Positions 9,520 to 17,892 of a stretch of DNA of 60,687 bases are shown here, piece by piece (within the stretch, counting starts at the first letter, position 1; each line of letters begins with the position of its first letter). The notes beneath the pieces are model-generated. The model saw only the letters and a list, made by a program, of their open reading frames with translations, had not been told where the DNA came from and made no database searches. A program made the position numbers and the translations under genes. Where the stretch lies: the NCBI GenBank assembly GCA_025450765.1, contig JANWLS010000132.1, positions 1-60,687 of the forward strand, in the 5' to 3' direction. Source of the stretch: Vicinamibacterales bacterium. Lineage in GTDB: Bacteria > Acidobacteriota > Vicinamibacteria > Vicinamibacterales > CAVVIG01.

Positions 9520-10407
9520 TTAAGCCAGCCGTTCAACGGCCCGCAGTTTCGCACTGCGCGCCCGTCGATTGATCGCGAGCTCCGCCTCGCCGGGGACGAC
9601 CGGCTTGCGCGTCATCAGCCGCACCAGCGCGGGCTCCCGCTGGGCCAGAGCGCGAAACGTGTGCTTGACGATGCGATCCTCGAGCGAGTGAAACGCGATC
9701 ACCGCCAGGCGCGCGCCGGCGCGCAGGCGGCCGATCGCCTGCTCGAGAAACTGATCCAGCCCGTCGAGCTCCCGGTTCACCCAGATCCGCAGCGCCTGGA
9801 AGGTGCGCGTCGCGGGATCGATCCGGCTGAAGCCGCGGTGCGGCACCGAGCGCCGCACGAGCGCCGCCAGCTGGCCGGTCGTTTCGACACCACCGTGCCG
9901 CGCGGCCGCCACCAGTGTGCGGGCGATACGGCGGGAGTACCGCTCTTCGCCAAGGGTGAAGATCACGTTCGCCAGCTCCGTCTCGTCCGCCGATCGCAGC
10001 TTGTCGGCGGCCGTTTCGCCGCGGCTCCGATCCATGCGCATGTCGAGCGGTTCGTCGCGCTGGAAGCTGAATCCGCGTCCTTCCGCGTCGAGCGGCATCG
10101 AGGAGACGCCGAGATCGGCGAGCGCGCCGTCGATCGCCGCAATGCCTCGCGCATCGAGCACCTGCGGCAGGTCGCGGTAGTCGGCGTGCACGAGCTCGAC
10201 CCGATCACGCCACGCCGACAAGGTCTCGGCGGCCTGCGCCAGCGCGTCTGCGTCCCGGTCGAGGCCGAGCAGCCGCGAGGCGCCGCCTTCGAGCAGCGCC
10301 CGGGCGTGCCCGCCAAGGCCTACCGTGCAGTCGACGAACAGGCCGCCGCGCGCGGGCTCGAGCAGCGCCAGCGATTCGTCGAGGAGCACCGGGAGATGCG
10401 TAGGCAT
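9520..10407 (-). CDS. rsmH: 16S rRNA (cytosine1402-N4)-methyltransferase
   Basis: MPTHLPVLLDESL... N-terminus and SAM motif VDCTVGLGGHA. Sits 4 nt after the mraZ stop. The upstream ORF-track extension was discarded. Confidence 0.9.
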   Translation of the reverse strand: MPTHLPVLLDESLALLEPARGGLFVDCTVGLGGHARALLEGGASRLLGLDRDADALAQAAETLSAWRDRVELVHADYRDLPQVLDARGIAAIDGALADLGVSSMPLDAEGRGFSFQRDEPLDMRMDRSRGETAADKLRSADETELANVIFTLGEERYSRRIARTLVAAARHGGVETTGQLAALVRRSVPHRGFSRIDPATRTFQALRIWVNRELDGLDQFLEQAIGRLRAGARLAVIAFHSLEDRIVKHTFRALAQREPALVRLMTRKPVVPGEAELAINRRARSAKLRAVERLA

Positions 10408-10411
10408 GGCC

Positions 10412-10852
10412 TTAAATCCCGAACTCCGACAGGGCGCGCGCGTCGTCGTCGGTGAACGGATCGCGCTGCAGCTTCGCCAGGAACCGATCGTGGTTCCAGA
10501 TTTCGAGGTAGTTGTATTGCCCGAACACATCCACCTCGCCGGCCATCGAGGCCGATTCGCGCAGGCGTCCCGGAATCAGGACGCGCCCCTGCGTGTCGAG
10601 CTCCGCGGTCTGTCCGTAGTAATTCACCCGGTCGAGAAATCTGAGCTTCGACGGGTGCGTCGACGGCATCCGGGACAGCTTCTGCTCGATGTCGTTCCAC
10701 ACCGGCATGGGATACAGGCGGACGTACTCCCCCGTCAGGCTGGTGATGAACAGCTCGCGACCATGCGCCTCCTCGAGCGCCGCGCGGAAGCCGTTCGGCA
10801 CTTTCAGCCGCCCTTTGTCGTCAATGCGAGCCGGGGCGTTCCCCCTGAACAC
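10412..10852 (-). CDS. mraZ: Transcriptional regulator MraZ
   Basis: Two SpoVT/AbrB-like halves (FRGNAPARIDDKGRLKVP...; TAELDTQGRVLIP). Start placed at GTG 10852 (M-FRGN, the typical MraZ N-terminus). GTG 10867 is an alternative. Confidence 0.85.
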   Translation of the reverse strand: MFRGNAPARIDDKGRLKVPNGFRAALEEAHGRELFITSLTGEYVRLYPMPVWNDIEQKLSRMPSTHPSKLRFLDRVNYYGQTAELDTQGRVLIPGRLRESASMAGEVDVFGQYNYLEIWNHDRFLAKLQRDPFTDDDARALSEFGI

Positions 10853-10892
10853 CGTTAATTGGTCCACTTTGCTCCAAAAAAATCCACCGTGG

Positions 10893-10921
10893 ATAGTAGA
10901 AGAGGTGTCCCTGGTTGTCAA
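10893..10921 (-). promoter_or_regulatory. Sigma70-type promoter upstream of mraZ (Pmra-like): -35 TTGACA (10921-10916), 17-nt spacer, -10 TACTAT (10898-10893)
   Basis: Read directly on the minus strand as TTGACAaccagggacacctcttcTACTAT. The position matches the known promoter location of dcw clusters. It lies in one of the few AT-richer stretches of the window. Confidence 0.55.
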
Positions 10922-11042
10922 GCCGCAAAATCCATCATCTCAGTAAGTTACGTCTTATTTTCGCCCTTTCTCCGCCTCAGCCGTGAAGCCGCCCGGGCGC
11001 GACTCTGCCGGACGTGCTACGATTCCGGGTTTTGGGAGTGAC

Positions 11043-12149
11043 ATGCTTCGCGCGGGATTGATCGGGTTCGGGTCGAGCGGGAAAACCACCCTCTTTCAGC
11101 TGATGACCAGCGCGCGCGACGCGCCGCGCAGCGTCGGCCGCGGCGAGGCGGCGGTCGGCATCTCCAAGGTGCCCGACGCGCGGCTCGATCGGCTCACCGC
11201 GATGTACAACCCACGCAAGCGCGTGGCCGCGACGGTGGAGTTCAGCGATATCGCGGCCCCGCCGCAGGGCGGCGGCGCGAGCGCCTTGGTGGACGTCGCC
11301 GCCTACAAGAACGCCGACGCGCTCGTGCACGTCGTCCGGGCCTTCCGCGATCCGTCCGTTCCGCATCCGTCCGGCTCGATCGATCCCGGGCGAGACGCGC
11401 GGGCCATGGAAGACGAGCTGATCCTCGCGGACCTTGGCGTGACCGAGCGGCGGCTCGAACGGATCGAGAAGGATCTGAAGAAGGGGCGTTCCGCGGAGCT
11501 GGAACGCGAGCGCGACGTGCTGACCGCCTGCCGGACGGCGCTCGAAGAAGGCCGCCCACTGCGCGCGCTCGGGCTCGCCGGCGATGATTTGAAGCGGCTC
11601 CGCGGCTTTCAGCTGCTCTCGGCCAAACCGCTGCTCGTCGTCATCAACCTGGACGAAGCGAACCTTGGCGATCCGAAGGCCAGCGACGCGGCACCTGCCG
11701 CCGAACGGGCCGGCCTCACGTCGTTTCTCGCCGACGCCGGCGGATCAACCGCCGTGGCCGCCGTCTGCGCGAAAATCGAGCTCGAGATCGCCCAGCTCGA
11801 CGCCGGCGATGCCTCGGCGTTCCTCGCCGATCTCGGGCTCACCGAATCCGGCCTCGATCGGGTGATCCGCGCCAGCTACGACCTGCTCGGGTACATTTCC
11901 TTTTTCACGGTCGGCGAGGACGAGTGCCGCGCCTGGTCGATCCCGCGCCAGACGCCGGCGCAACTCGCCGCCGGTGAGATCCACAGCGATATCGCCCGCG
12001 GATTCATCCGCGCCGAGGTGGTCAGCTCTGATGCGCTCATCACCCGCGGGTCGATGGCTGCGTGCCGTGACCACGGCGAAGTCCGCCTCGAAGGCAAGGA
12101 CTACATCGTGCAGGACGGCGACATCGTGAACTTCCGCTTCGCGACCTAA
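11043..12149 (+). CDS. ychF: YchF/OLA1-type ribosome-binding ATPase (GTP-binding protein family)
   Basis: P-loop GFGSSGKTTLF and C-terminal EGKDYIVQDGDIVNFRF (YchF TGS-like end). ATG 11043 is preceded by GGGAG. Confidence 0.85.
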   Translation: MLRAGLIGFGSSGKTTLFQLMTSARDAPRSVGRGEAAVGISKVPDARLDRLTAMYNPRKRVAATVEFSDIAAPPQGGGASALVDVAAYKNADALVHVVRAFRDPSVPHPSGSIDPGRDARAMEDELILADLGVTERRLERIEKDLKKGRSAELERERDVLTACRTALEEGRPLRALGLAGDDLKRLRGFQLLSAKPLLVVINLDEANLGDPKASDAAPAAERAGLTSFLADAGGSTAVAAVCAKIELEIAQLDAGDASAFLADLGLTESGLDRVIRASYDLLGYISFFTVGEDECRAWSIPRQTPAQLAAGEIHSDIARGFIRAEVVSSDALITRGSMAACRDHGEVRLEGKDYIVQDGDIVNFRFAT

Positions 12150-12173
12150 CCTGGCCTCGACCGATCCGTTCGC

Positions 12174-13034
12174 ATGGCGCAGCCTGCCGAGACGTCCATC
12201 GTCATTCCCGCCTACAACGAAGCGGCGTCCATCGGTCCACTCGTCGCCGAGTTGCTCGGCGCCGCCCCGTGGCGGGAGATCCTCGTCGTCGATGACGGAT
12301 CCCGCGACGGCACGGCGGCCGCGGCGACGGCAGCCGGCGCCCGCGTGATCGCGCATCCGTACAACATGGGGAACGGGGCCGCCGTGAAATCCGGCATTCG
12401 CGAGGCCGCCGGCGAGTACGTGTTGATCGTCGATGCGGACGGCCAGCACCGCCCGGCCGATGCGATGCGGCTCATTTCGCGGCTTGGCGAATACGACCTC
12501 GTGATCGGCGCGCGCTCGTCGGCCACCCAGGCGACCGCCACACGGCGCATCGGCAATGCCCTGCTGAACGGACTGGCCGGCTACCTCACCGGCCGCCCGA
12601 TTCCAGACCTCACCTCCGGATTCCGCGGCGCCCGGCGTGCGTGCCTGCTGGAGTTTCTCCATCTGTTGCCGAACGGCTTCTCGACGCCCACCACGACCAC
12701 GCTGACCTTCATCAAGGCGGGCTACAGCGTCTGCTTCGAGCCGATCGAGGCGGCGCAGCGCGTCGGGCAGTCGAAGATCCGCCTCGGGCCGGATGGCTTC
12801 AAATTCACGCTGATCCTCCTGAAAATCATCACGATCTTCAGTCCGCTGCGGGTGTTCGTCCCCATCAGCCTCGTCACGTTCGCCGGCGGGCTGGCCTACG
12901 GCCTGTGGACGGTCGTCACGCAGTCACACCTGACGAACCTGTCGGTCCTGCTGATCTTCCTGGGCGTGGTGATCTTTCTCTTCGGCCTGGTTTCCGAGCA
13001 GATCGCGGCCCTGCGGCTGGAAGGCCGCCGCTGA
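12174..13034 (+). CDS. Family 2 glycosyltransferase with two C-terminal TM helices (polyprenyl-phosphate sugar transferase-like)
   Basis: SIVIPAYNEA..., VVDDGSRDGT and IVDADGQH (DxD region) motifs. GtrB/DPM1-like architecture. Confidence 0.8.
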   Translation: MAQPAETSIVIPAYNEAASIGPLVAELLGAAPWREILVVDDGSRDGTAAAATAAGARVIAHPYNMGNGAAVKSGIREAAGEYVLIVDADGQHRPADAMRLISRLGEYDLVIGARSSATQATATRRIGNALLNGLAGYLTGRPIPDLTSGFRGARRACLLEFLHLLPNGFSTPTTTTLTFIKAGYSVCFEPIEAAQRVGQSKIRLGPDGFKFTLILLKIITIFSPLRVFVPISLVTFAGGLAYGLWTVVTQSHLTNLSVLLIFLGVVIFLFGLVSEQIAALRLEGRR

Positions 13035-13072
13035 CCCCTCATCGGGTGTAAACTGGGCTCATCCGTATTCTA

Positions 13073-13699
13073 ATGGCTCGTCCAGCTGCCCTCCTGCTCG
13101 GCGTGTTCCTCACGTTCTCGGGCGCGCTTCGCGCCGACGCCGGCACCGTGTCGCTTTCGCTGCACAACGGCCTGGTGACGATCAGCGCCACCGATGCCAG
13201 CGTGCGGCAGATCCTCACGGAGTGGCAGCGGGTCGGACACACCGTGTTCGTGAATGCCGACGGCCTCACCGGACCGCCCATCACGGTGCAGCTATCGAAC
13301 GTCCCCGAGCGGCAGGCCCTGGATCTCATCCTGAAGTCTGCGGCGGGGTACATGGCCGCCCCGCGAAGCAGCCGGCTGGCAGGTGCCTCGGCGTTCGATC
13401 TCGTCTTCGTACTCGCGACGAGCGCTGCCCCGGCACCACCGCCAACGCCGGCCCGGCGCGAACCTGAGATCTTCTATCCGTCCGGGCGTCCCGGCCAGCC
13501 GCCGCGCGTGCCGATCTTCAGGCCGAGCTTCCCACGCCCGTCTCCCGGGCCACCTGGACAAGCCGACGACTCAGCTGGCGACGAACCCACCCAGCAAGCG
13601 CCGCCGGCCTCCACGGTCATCACGGCACCCGTTGTCTCGCCGCAGCCTGGCCTGGTCGTGATCCCCCCCAGGAAGAAGCCCGACGGCGGCGGCCGATAA
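13073..13699 (+). CDS. Secreted hypothetical protein with a Pro-rich C-terminal half
   Basis: Signal peptide MARPAALLLGVFLTFSGALRADA. The N-terminal domain loosely resembles an STN (secretin/TonB N-terminal) fold, but that is weak. Codon usage is typical of the window. Confidence 0.55.
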   Translation: MARPAALLLGVFLTFSGALRADAGTVSLSLHNGLVTISATDASVRQILTEWQRVGHTVFVNADGLTGPPITVQLSNVPERQALDLILKSAAGYMAAPRSSRLAGASAFDLVFVLATSAAPAPPPTPARREPEIFYPSGRPGQPPRVPIFRPSFPRPSPGPPGQADDSAGDEPTQQAPPASTVITAPVVSPQPGLVVIPPRKKPDGGGR

Positions 13700-13723
13700 T
13701 CTCGCGTAAAATATCCGATCACG

Positions 13724-14179
13724 ATGTCGCTCCAGGATGACGTGAACGCCGCGCTCACGCGCGCGATGAAGGCACAGGACCAGCTGACGCTCGGTCCGTT
13801 GCGGATGTTGAAGTCGGCGCTCGTGAATCGCGCAGTCGAGAAGGGCCGCGATCTCACCGAGGCGGAAGCGCAGCAGGTCATCACGACGCTCGTGAAGCAG
13901 CGCCGGGACGCCATCGAGCAGTTCGAAAAGGGCGGCCGTCAGGATCTCGCCTCGAAGGAAGCCGCGGAAATTCCTGTGCTGCAGGCCTACCTGCCGCCGG
14001 CGGCGAGCGACGACGAGATCGATCGCGCGGTGACGGCTGCCCTCGTCGAAACCGCGGCCACATCGCCGAGCGACATGGGCCGGGTGATGGCCTCCGTCAT
14101 GGCCAAGCTGGCTGGGCGCTCGGCCGATGGTCGCACGGTGAGCACGCTGGTCAAGCGCCGGCTCGCTGGGGAATCGTAA
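13724..14179 (+). CDS. yqeY: GatB/YqeY domain protein
   Basis: MSLQDDVNAALTRAMKAQD...LRMLKSAL...QRRDAIEQFEKGGRQDLASKE is the typical YqeY pattern. Confidence 0.8.
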   Translation: MSLQDDVNAALTRAMKAQDQLTLGPLRMLKSALVNRAVEKGRDLTEAEAQQVITTLVKQRRDAIEQFEKGGRQDLASKEAAEIPVLQAYLPPAASDDEIDRAVTAALVETAATSPSDMGRVMASVMAKLAGRSADGRTVSTLVKRRLAGES

Positions 14180-14212
14180 CGGTAAACTTTTCGTCAACTT
14201 CGGACGTCTAAC

Positions 14213-15448
14213 ATGATGAGACGGCAATCAGGGCCTCTCATCCATCCTCCTTTTCGCCCTCGCGCGAGCGAGGGCTTTTTTGTCGCTCCCACCATTTACG
14301 TTCTGGCCGGCATCCACTTCGTCGTGGACAGCTACGGCAATATCTACGCCCCGCTGCTGCCGCTGCTCCTCCCGCACCTCGGGATGTCGCTCGCCGTCGC
14401 GGGCACGCTGACGATGGTGTACCAGATGGCGGCGTCGATGTCGCAGCTTGGCTTCGGCCATCTGGCCGACCGCTGGCGTCCGCGCCTGCAGCTGGTGGCC
14501 GGTCCGGTGCTCGGCGTCGTCGTGCTCAGCCTGATCGGTCTGCCGCGGACAGTGTGGCAACTCGGCCTCGTGCTGGTCGTCGGCGGGCTCGGGGGCGCGG
14601 CGTTCCATCCGCCGGGTGCGGCGCTGGTCGGACGTCTCGGGGGCGAACGGCGCGGGATGGCGATGGCGCTGCACATCGCGGCCGGTTCGGCGGGGGTCGC
14701 ATTCGGCCCGTTGCTCGCCGCCCCGCTCATCGGACATCTCGGGCTCGCGTGGACGCCCGTCCTGGCCATCCCCGGTTGCATCGCCGTCGCGCCGCTGCTG
14801 ATGCGGGTGCCGCCCATCGTCGTCGAACGGAACGAGGCGGCCCATGAGGGAATCGCGGTGCTCAAGCCGTATGCGCGTCCGCTCTCGCGGCTCTACGTGA
14901 TCGTGGCGCTGCGCACGCTGGTGTGGTTGAGCTTCCTTACATTTCTCCCGGTGCTGCTCACCGAACGCGGTGAGTCGGTGAGCCTGGCCGGCGTCACGAT
15001 CGCGATCTTCCTCGCATCGGCTTGTGTCGGAGGATTGATCGGCGGCGCGATGGCCGATCGCTTCGGTCCGCGCACGGTCATCCTGACCACACTGCTCGGC
15101 GCCGTGCCGCTGCTCACGGCCTTGCCGCTCGCGGGCCATTGGGAACTGCTGCCGATGCTGTTCCTCGGTGGGATGCTCCTGCAGGCGACGCTGCCGGTCA
15201 CCGTGACGTTCGCGCAGACGATCGCGCCGGTCCGAACGGCGACCGTCTCTTCGCTGATGATGGGATTCGGCTGGGGGCTCGGTGCGCTGCTCGTTCCACT
15301 GGTCGGCGTGCTCGGCGATCGGATCGGAATCGCCCCCACACTGGCCGTGGTCGCAGGCGTCCTGCCGCTCGCCGCACTGTTCGCGCTGGGGCTTCCGCGC
15401 GGCGTTCTGCCGAGCGTTCCCCGCGGGCAGGTGTGGTACGATCGATAG
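14213..15448 (+). CDS. MFS transporter (Fsr/fosmidomycin-resistance-like)
   Basis: 12-TM profile. The TM1 motif IHFVVDSYGNIYAPLLPLL resembles the Fsr HLLND motif. The true start is uncertain: codons 1-30 have atypically low GC3 and contain a terminator hairpin. Confidence 0.75.
   Translation: MMRRQSGPLIHPPFRPRASEGFFVAPTIYVLAGIHFVVDSYGNIYAPLLPLLLPHLGMSLAVAGTLTMVYQMAASMSQLGFGHLADRWRPRLQLVAGPVLGVVVLSLIGLPRTVWQLGLVLVVGGLGGAAFHPPGAALVGRLGGERRGMAMALHIAAGSAGVAFGPLLAAPLIGHLGLAWTPVLAIPGCIAVAPLLMRVPPIVVERNEAAHEGIAVLKPYARPLSRLYVIVALRTLVWLSFLTFLPVLLTERGESVSLAGVTIAIFLASACVGGLIGGAMADRFGPRTVILTTLLGAVPLLTALPLAGHWELLPMLFLGGMLLQATLPVTVTFAQTIAPVRTATVSSLMMGFGWGLGALLVPLVGVLGDRIGIAPTLAVVAGVLPLAALFALGLPRGVLPSVPRGQVWYDR
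14256..14281 (+). terminator. Canonical intrinsic terminator: 8-bp GC stem (GCCCTCGC/GCGAGGGC), GCGA tetraloop, T6
   Basis: Read directly as gccctcgc-gcga-gcgagggc-tttttt. Sits 77 nt after the yqeY stop, but inside the first 25 codons of the MFS ORF as drawn in the ORF track. Confidence 0.6.
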
Positions 15449-15451
15449 CAG

Positions 15452-16213
15452 ATGCCGCCGCCTCGCCGATCGTCATACGCATCAGCGCTGCAGGCCTTCA
15501 ACCCCGGGCCATGGACGCGCGCGGTCAAGTGGCTGATCTGCGCGTGCGCCGGGGTGTACGTCCTCGAACTGATCGGATTCCGGGGGCTCATCGAGCAGTA
15601 TCTCGGGCTGGTGCCGGGCCTGGTCATCGACCGGTTCTACGTCTGGCAGCCGGTCACCTACCTGTTCGTCCACGCCGGTTTCTTTCACATCCTCTTCAAC
15701 ATGTTCGTCCTGTGGATGTTCGGCGTCGAGCTCGAACGTCTGTGGGGTACGCGCTTTTTCCTGAAGTTCTACTTCATCTGCGGAATCGGTGCGGCGGCCG
15801 CCACGCTGCTGATTTCGGTGCTGCCGTTCAGCTTCGCGGTCCCGATCTACTACTCGGACACGATCGGTGCGTCGGGCGCCCTCTACGGGCTGCTGGTCGC
15901 CTACGCGCTCTATTTCCCCGAGCAGCCGGTCTACATGTACTTCCTCTTCCCGATCAAGATGAAGTACTTCGTGCTCATCATTGGCGCCATTGCGTTCTTC
16001 TCGTCGTTCTCGACGGCGGGCGGCGGCATCGCGAACGTGGCGCACCTCGGCGGGCTGCTGGTCGGGTATCTCTACCTGTCGTATCTGAAGGGTGGCGGCT
16101 TTCACCCGCTCGGCGAGCTCAAGTACCGGTATCTGAAGTGGAAGATGAATCGGCTGCGGCGGAAGTTCGACGTCTACTCAGGCGGCCAGCCGAAAGATTG
16201 GGATCGGCATTAA
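15452..16213 (+). CDS. Rhomboid family intramembrane serine protease
   Basis: GASGALYGLL (GxSG catalytic Ser) and AHLGGLLVG (catalytic His) motifs, with six or more TM segments. Confidence 0.85.
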   Translation: MPPPRRSSYASALQAFNPGPWTRAVKWLICACAGVYVLELIGFRGLIEQYLGLVPGLVIDRFYVWQPVTYLFVHAGFFHILFNMFVLWMFGVELERLWGTRFFLKFYFICGIGAAAATLLISVLPFSFAVPIYYSDTIGASGALYGLLVAYALYFPEQPVYMYFLFPIKMKYFVLIIGAIAFFSSFSTAGGGIANVAHLGGLLVGYLYLSYLKGGGFHPLGELKYRYLKWKMNRLRRKFDVYSGGQPKDWDRH

Positions 16214-16306
16214 GGGGGTCAGATCTTGTTTCTTGCACGACTGTCCACATCTCGACACAAGCCACAAGGTGACAGTCGCGCAAGAAACAAGATCTGACCC
16301 CCCTTA
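16211..16306. repeat. Long imperfect palindrome (about 35-bp arms, 25-nt loop) between convergent rhomboid and htpX genes. Likely a bidirectional terminator or REP-like element.
   Basis: Arm 1 (16211-16245) is taagggggtcagatcttgtttcttgcacgactgtc. Arm 2 (16271-16306) is its reverse complement with 1 mismatch and 1 extra C. Both TAA stop codons lie at the stem base. Confidence 0.8.
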
Positions 16307-17272
16307 CTTTTGATAGGCCATCGCTTTCAGGCGGGCGATCCGCTGCGCCATGGGCGGATGCGTGGCGAACAGATCCGCCACCGAGTGCTCGCTTGCGCCC
16401 ATCATGTGCCCCACCGGGTCTGCGATGCACAGATGAGCCGTGCCGCGGTTGATCGACTTGGTCGGCTCGACCGCCTCGTCGATCGCTTCGAGCGCGCGCG
16501 CGAGCCCCAGCGGGTTGCGCGTGAGCTCGGCGCCTGACGCATCCGCCAGGTATTCGCGCCGACGCGAGACCATCATCGCCAGCATCTGACCGACAATCGG
16601 CGCCAGGATGATGCCGATCAGCCACACGACCAACATCAGCGCGCCGGCGGCTCCATTCCCCTCGTTATCGTCACGCCGGCGGGTACCGCCCCACCACAGG
16701 CTGCGCGAGGCCCAGTCCGAGAGCAGGATCACCGCGCCGACGAGCGCGGCAATCACGGTCATCAGCCGCACGTCGTAATTGCGGATGTGGCTCATCTCGT
16801 GAGCCACCACCCCCTGCAACTCCTCGCGATCCAGCGTGTCGAGCAGGCCGCGCGTGACCGCGAGCGAAGCGTGTGCGGGGTCGCGTCCCGTGGCGAACGC
16901 GTTCGGATCCGGATCGGGAACGACGTACACCTTAGGCCGCGGCAGGCCCGCGGCGATGGCCATTTCATCGACCACGTTGTCGAGTTGCTGCAGCTTGAGC
17001 CGATCGGCCTCCGTGGCGGAGGCCTTCAGCTGATCGAGCGGCATGGCGTGCGTCGACAAGAGCACCGCGCGATCGCCGGCGAAGTAGCTGAAGAGGGCCG
17101 ACCCGCTGCCGACCGCCAGGGCGACGATCGATCCGATCGGCACGCCGCCGAAGGGCGTGCCGACGATGTACCAGTCGAATCCGGTGCCGATAAGGAACAG
17201 GAAGGCGATGAAGACCAGCATCACCAGCCAGGTGCGCCGGCGATTCGAGGCCTGTTGCTCGAGGATGTTCAT
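16304..17272 (-). CDS. htpX: M48 family zinc metalloprotease HtpX
   Basis: HEMSHI zinc motif, N-terminal TM helices, and HtpX-like C-terminal motif (ATHPPMAQRI). Confidence 0.88.
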   Translation of the reverse strand: MNILEQQASNRRRTWLVMLVFIAFLFLIGTGFDWYIVGTPFGGVPIGSIVALAVGSGSALFSYFAGDRAVLLSTHAMPLDQLKASATEADRLKLQQLDNVVDEMAIAAGLPRPKVYVVPDPDPNAFATGRDPAHASLAVTRGLLDTLDREELQGVVAHEMSHIRNYDVRLMTVIAALVGAVILLSDWASRSLWWGGTRRRDDNEGNGAAGALMLVVWLIGIILAPIVGQMLAMMVSRRREYLADASGAELTRNPLGLARALEAIDEAVEPTKSINRGTAHLCIADPVGHMMGASEHSVADLFATHPPMAQRIARLKAMAYQK

Positions 17273-17287
17273 CGGGGCTCCGCCCCG

Positions 17288-17854
17288 CTACTTCTTGAAC
17301 GACAGGTCGACCGTCGGCACCTCGCGCTCGGCGGGCGCCGTGATCTCGAAGAGCTCGGACGGCGTGAACCCGAAGCTCGAGGCGACCAGGTTCGACGGGA
17401 ACGTCTGCTGCGCCGTATTGAACTTCGTCGCGATGTCGTTGTAGAACTGCCGCGCGAAGCCGATCTTGTTCTCGGTCGCCGTCAGCTCTTCCTGCAGCGC
17501 CTTGACGTTCTCGTTCGCCTTGAGCGTGGGATAGTTCTCGGCCAGCCCGAACAGACGGCCAAGGGCCTGCGTCAGTTCGCCTTCCTTTTTCGCCGCGTCG
17601 GCCGGCCCGGTGGCGGTCACCGCCTTGGCCCGTGCCTCGACGACCTGCGTCAGCGTGTCGCGTTCGAACTCCATCTCGCCGCGCACGGTGTTGACGAGAT
17701 TGGGAATCAGGTCGTGCCGCCGCTTGAGCTGCACATCGATCTGTTTCCACCCGTTCTGCGTCTGGTTCCGCAATCCGATCAGCCGGTTGTACGTGCCGAT
17801 CGCCCAGAGCCCCAGCAGGACGATGACGCCGATGATGACGTAAAGGGCAATCAT
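17288..17854 (-). CDS. lemA: LemA family protein
   Basis: N-terminal TM plus YNRLIGLRNQTQNGWKQIDVQLKRRHDLIPNLV, the classic LemA pattern. GGAGG RBS 4 nt upstream. Confidence 0.88.
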   Translation of the reverse strand: MIALYVIIGVIVLLGLWAIGTYNRLIGLRNQTQNGWKQIDVQLKRRHDLIPNLVNTVRGEMEFERDTLTQVVEARAKAVTATGPADAAKKEGELTQALGRLFGLAENYPTLKANENVKALQEELTATENKIGFARQFYNDIATKFNTAQQTFPSNLVASSFGFTPSELFEITAPAEREVPTVDLSFKK

Positions 17855-17892
17855 AGAGATCCTCCAAGACCTCAGGCCACAGGCTTCAGGCC

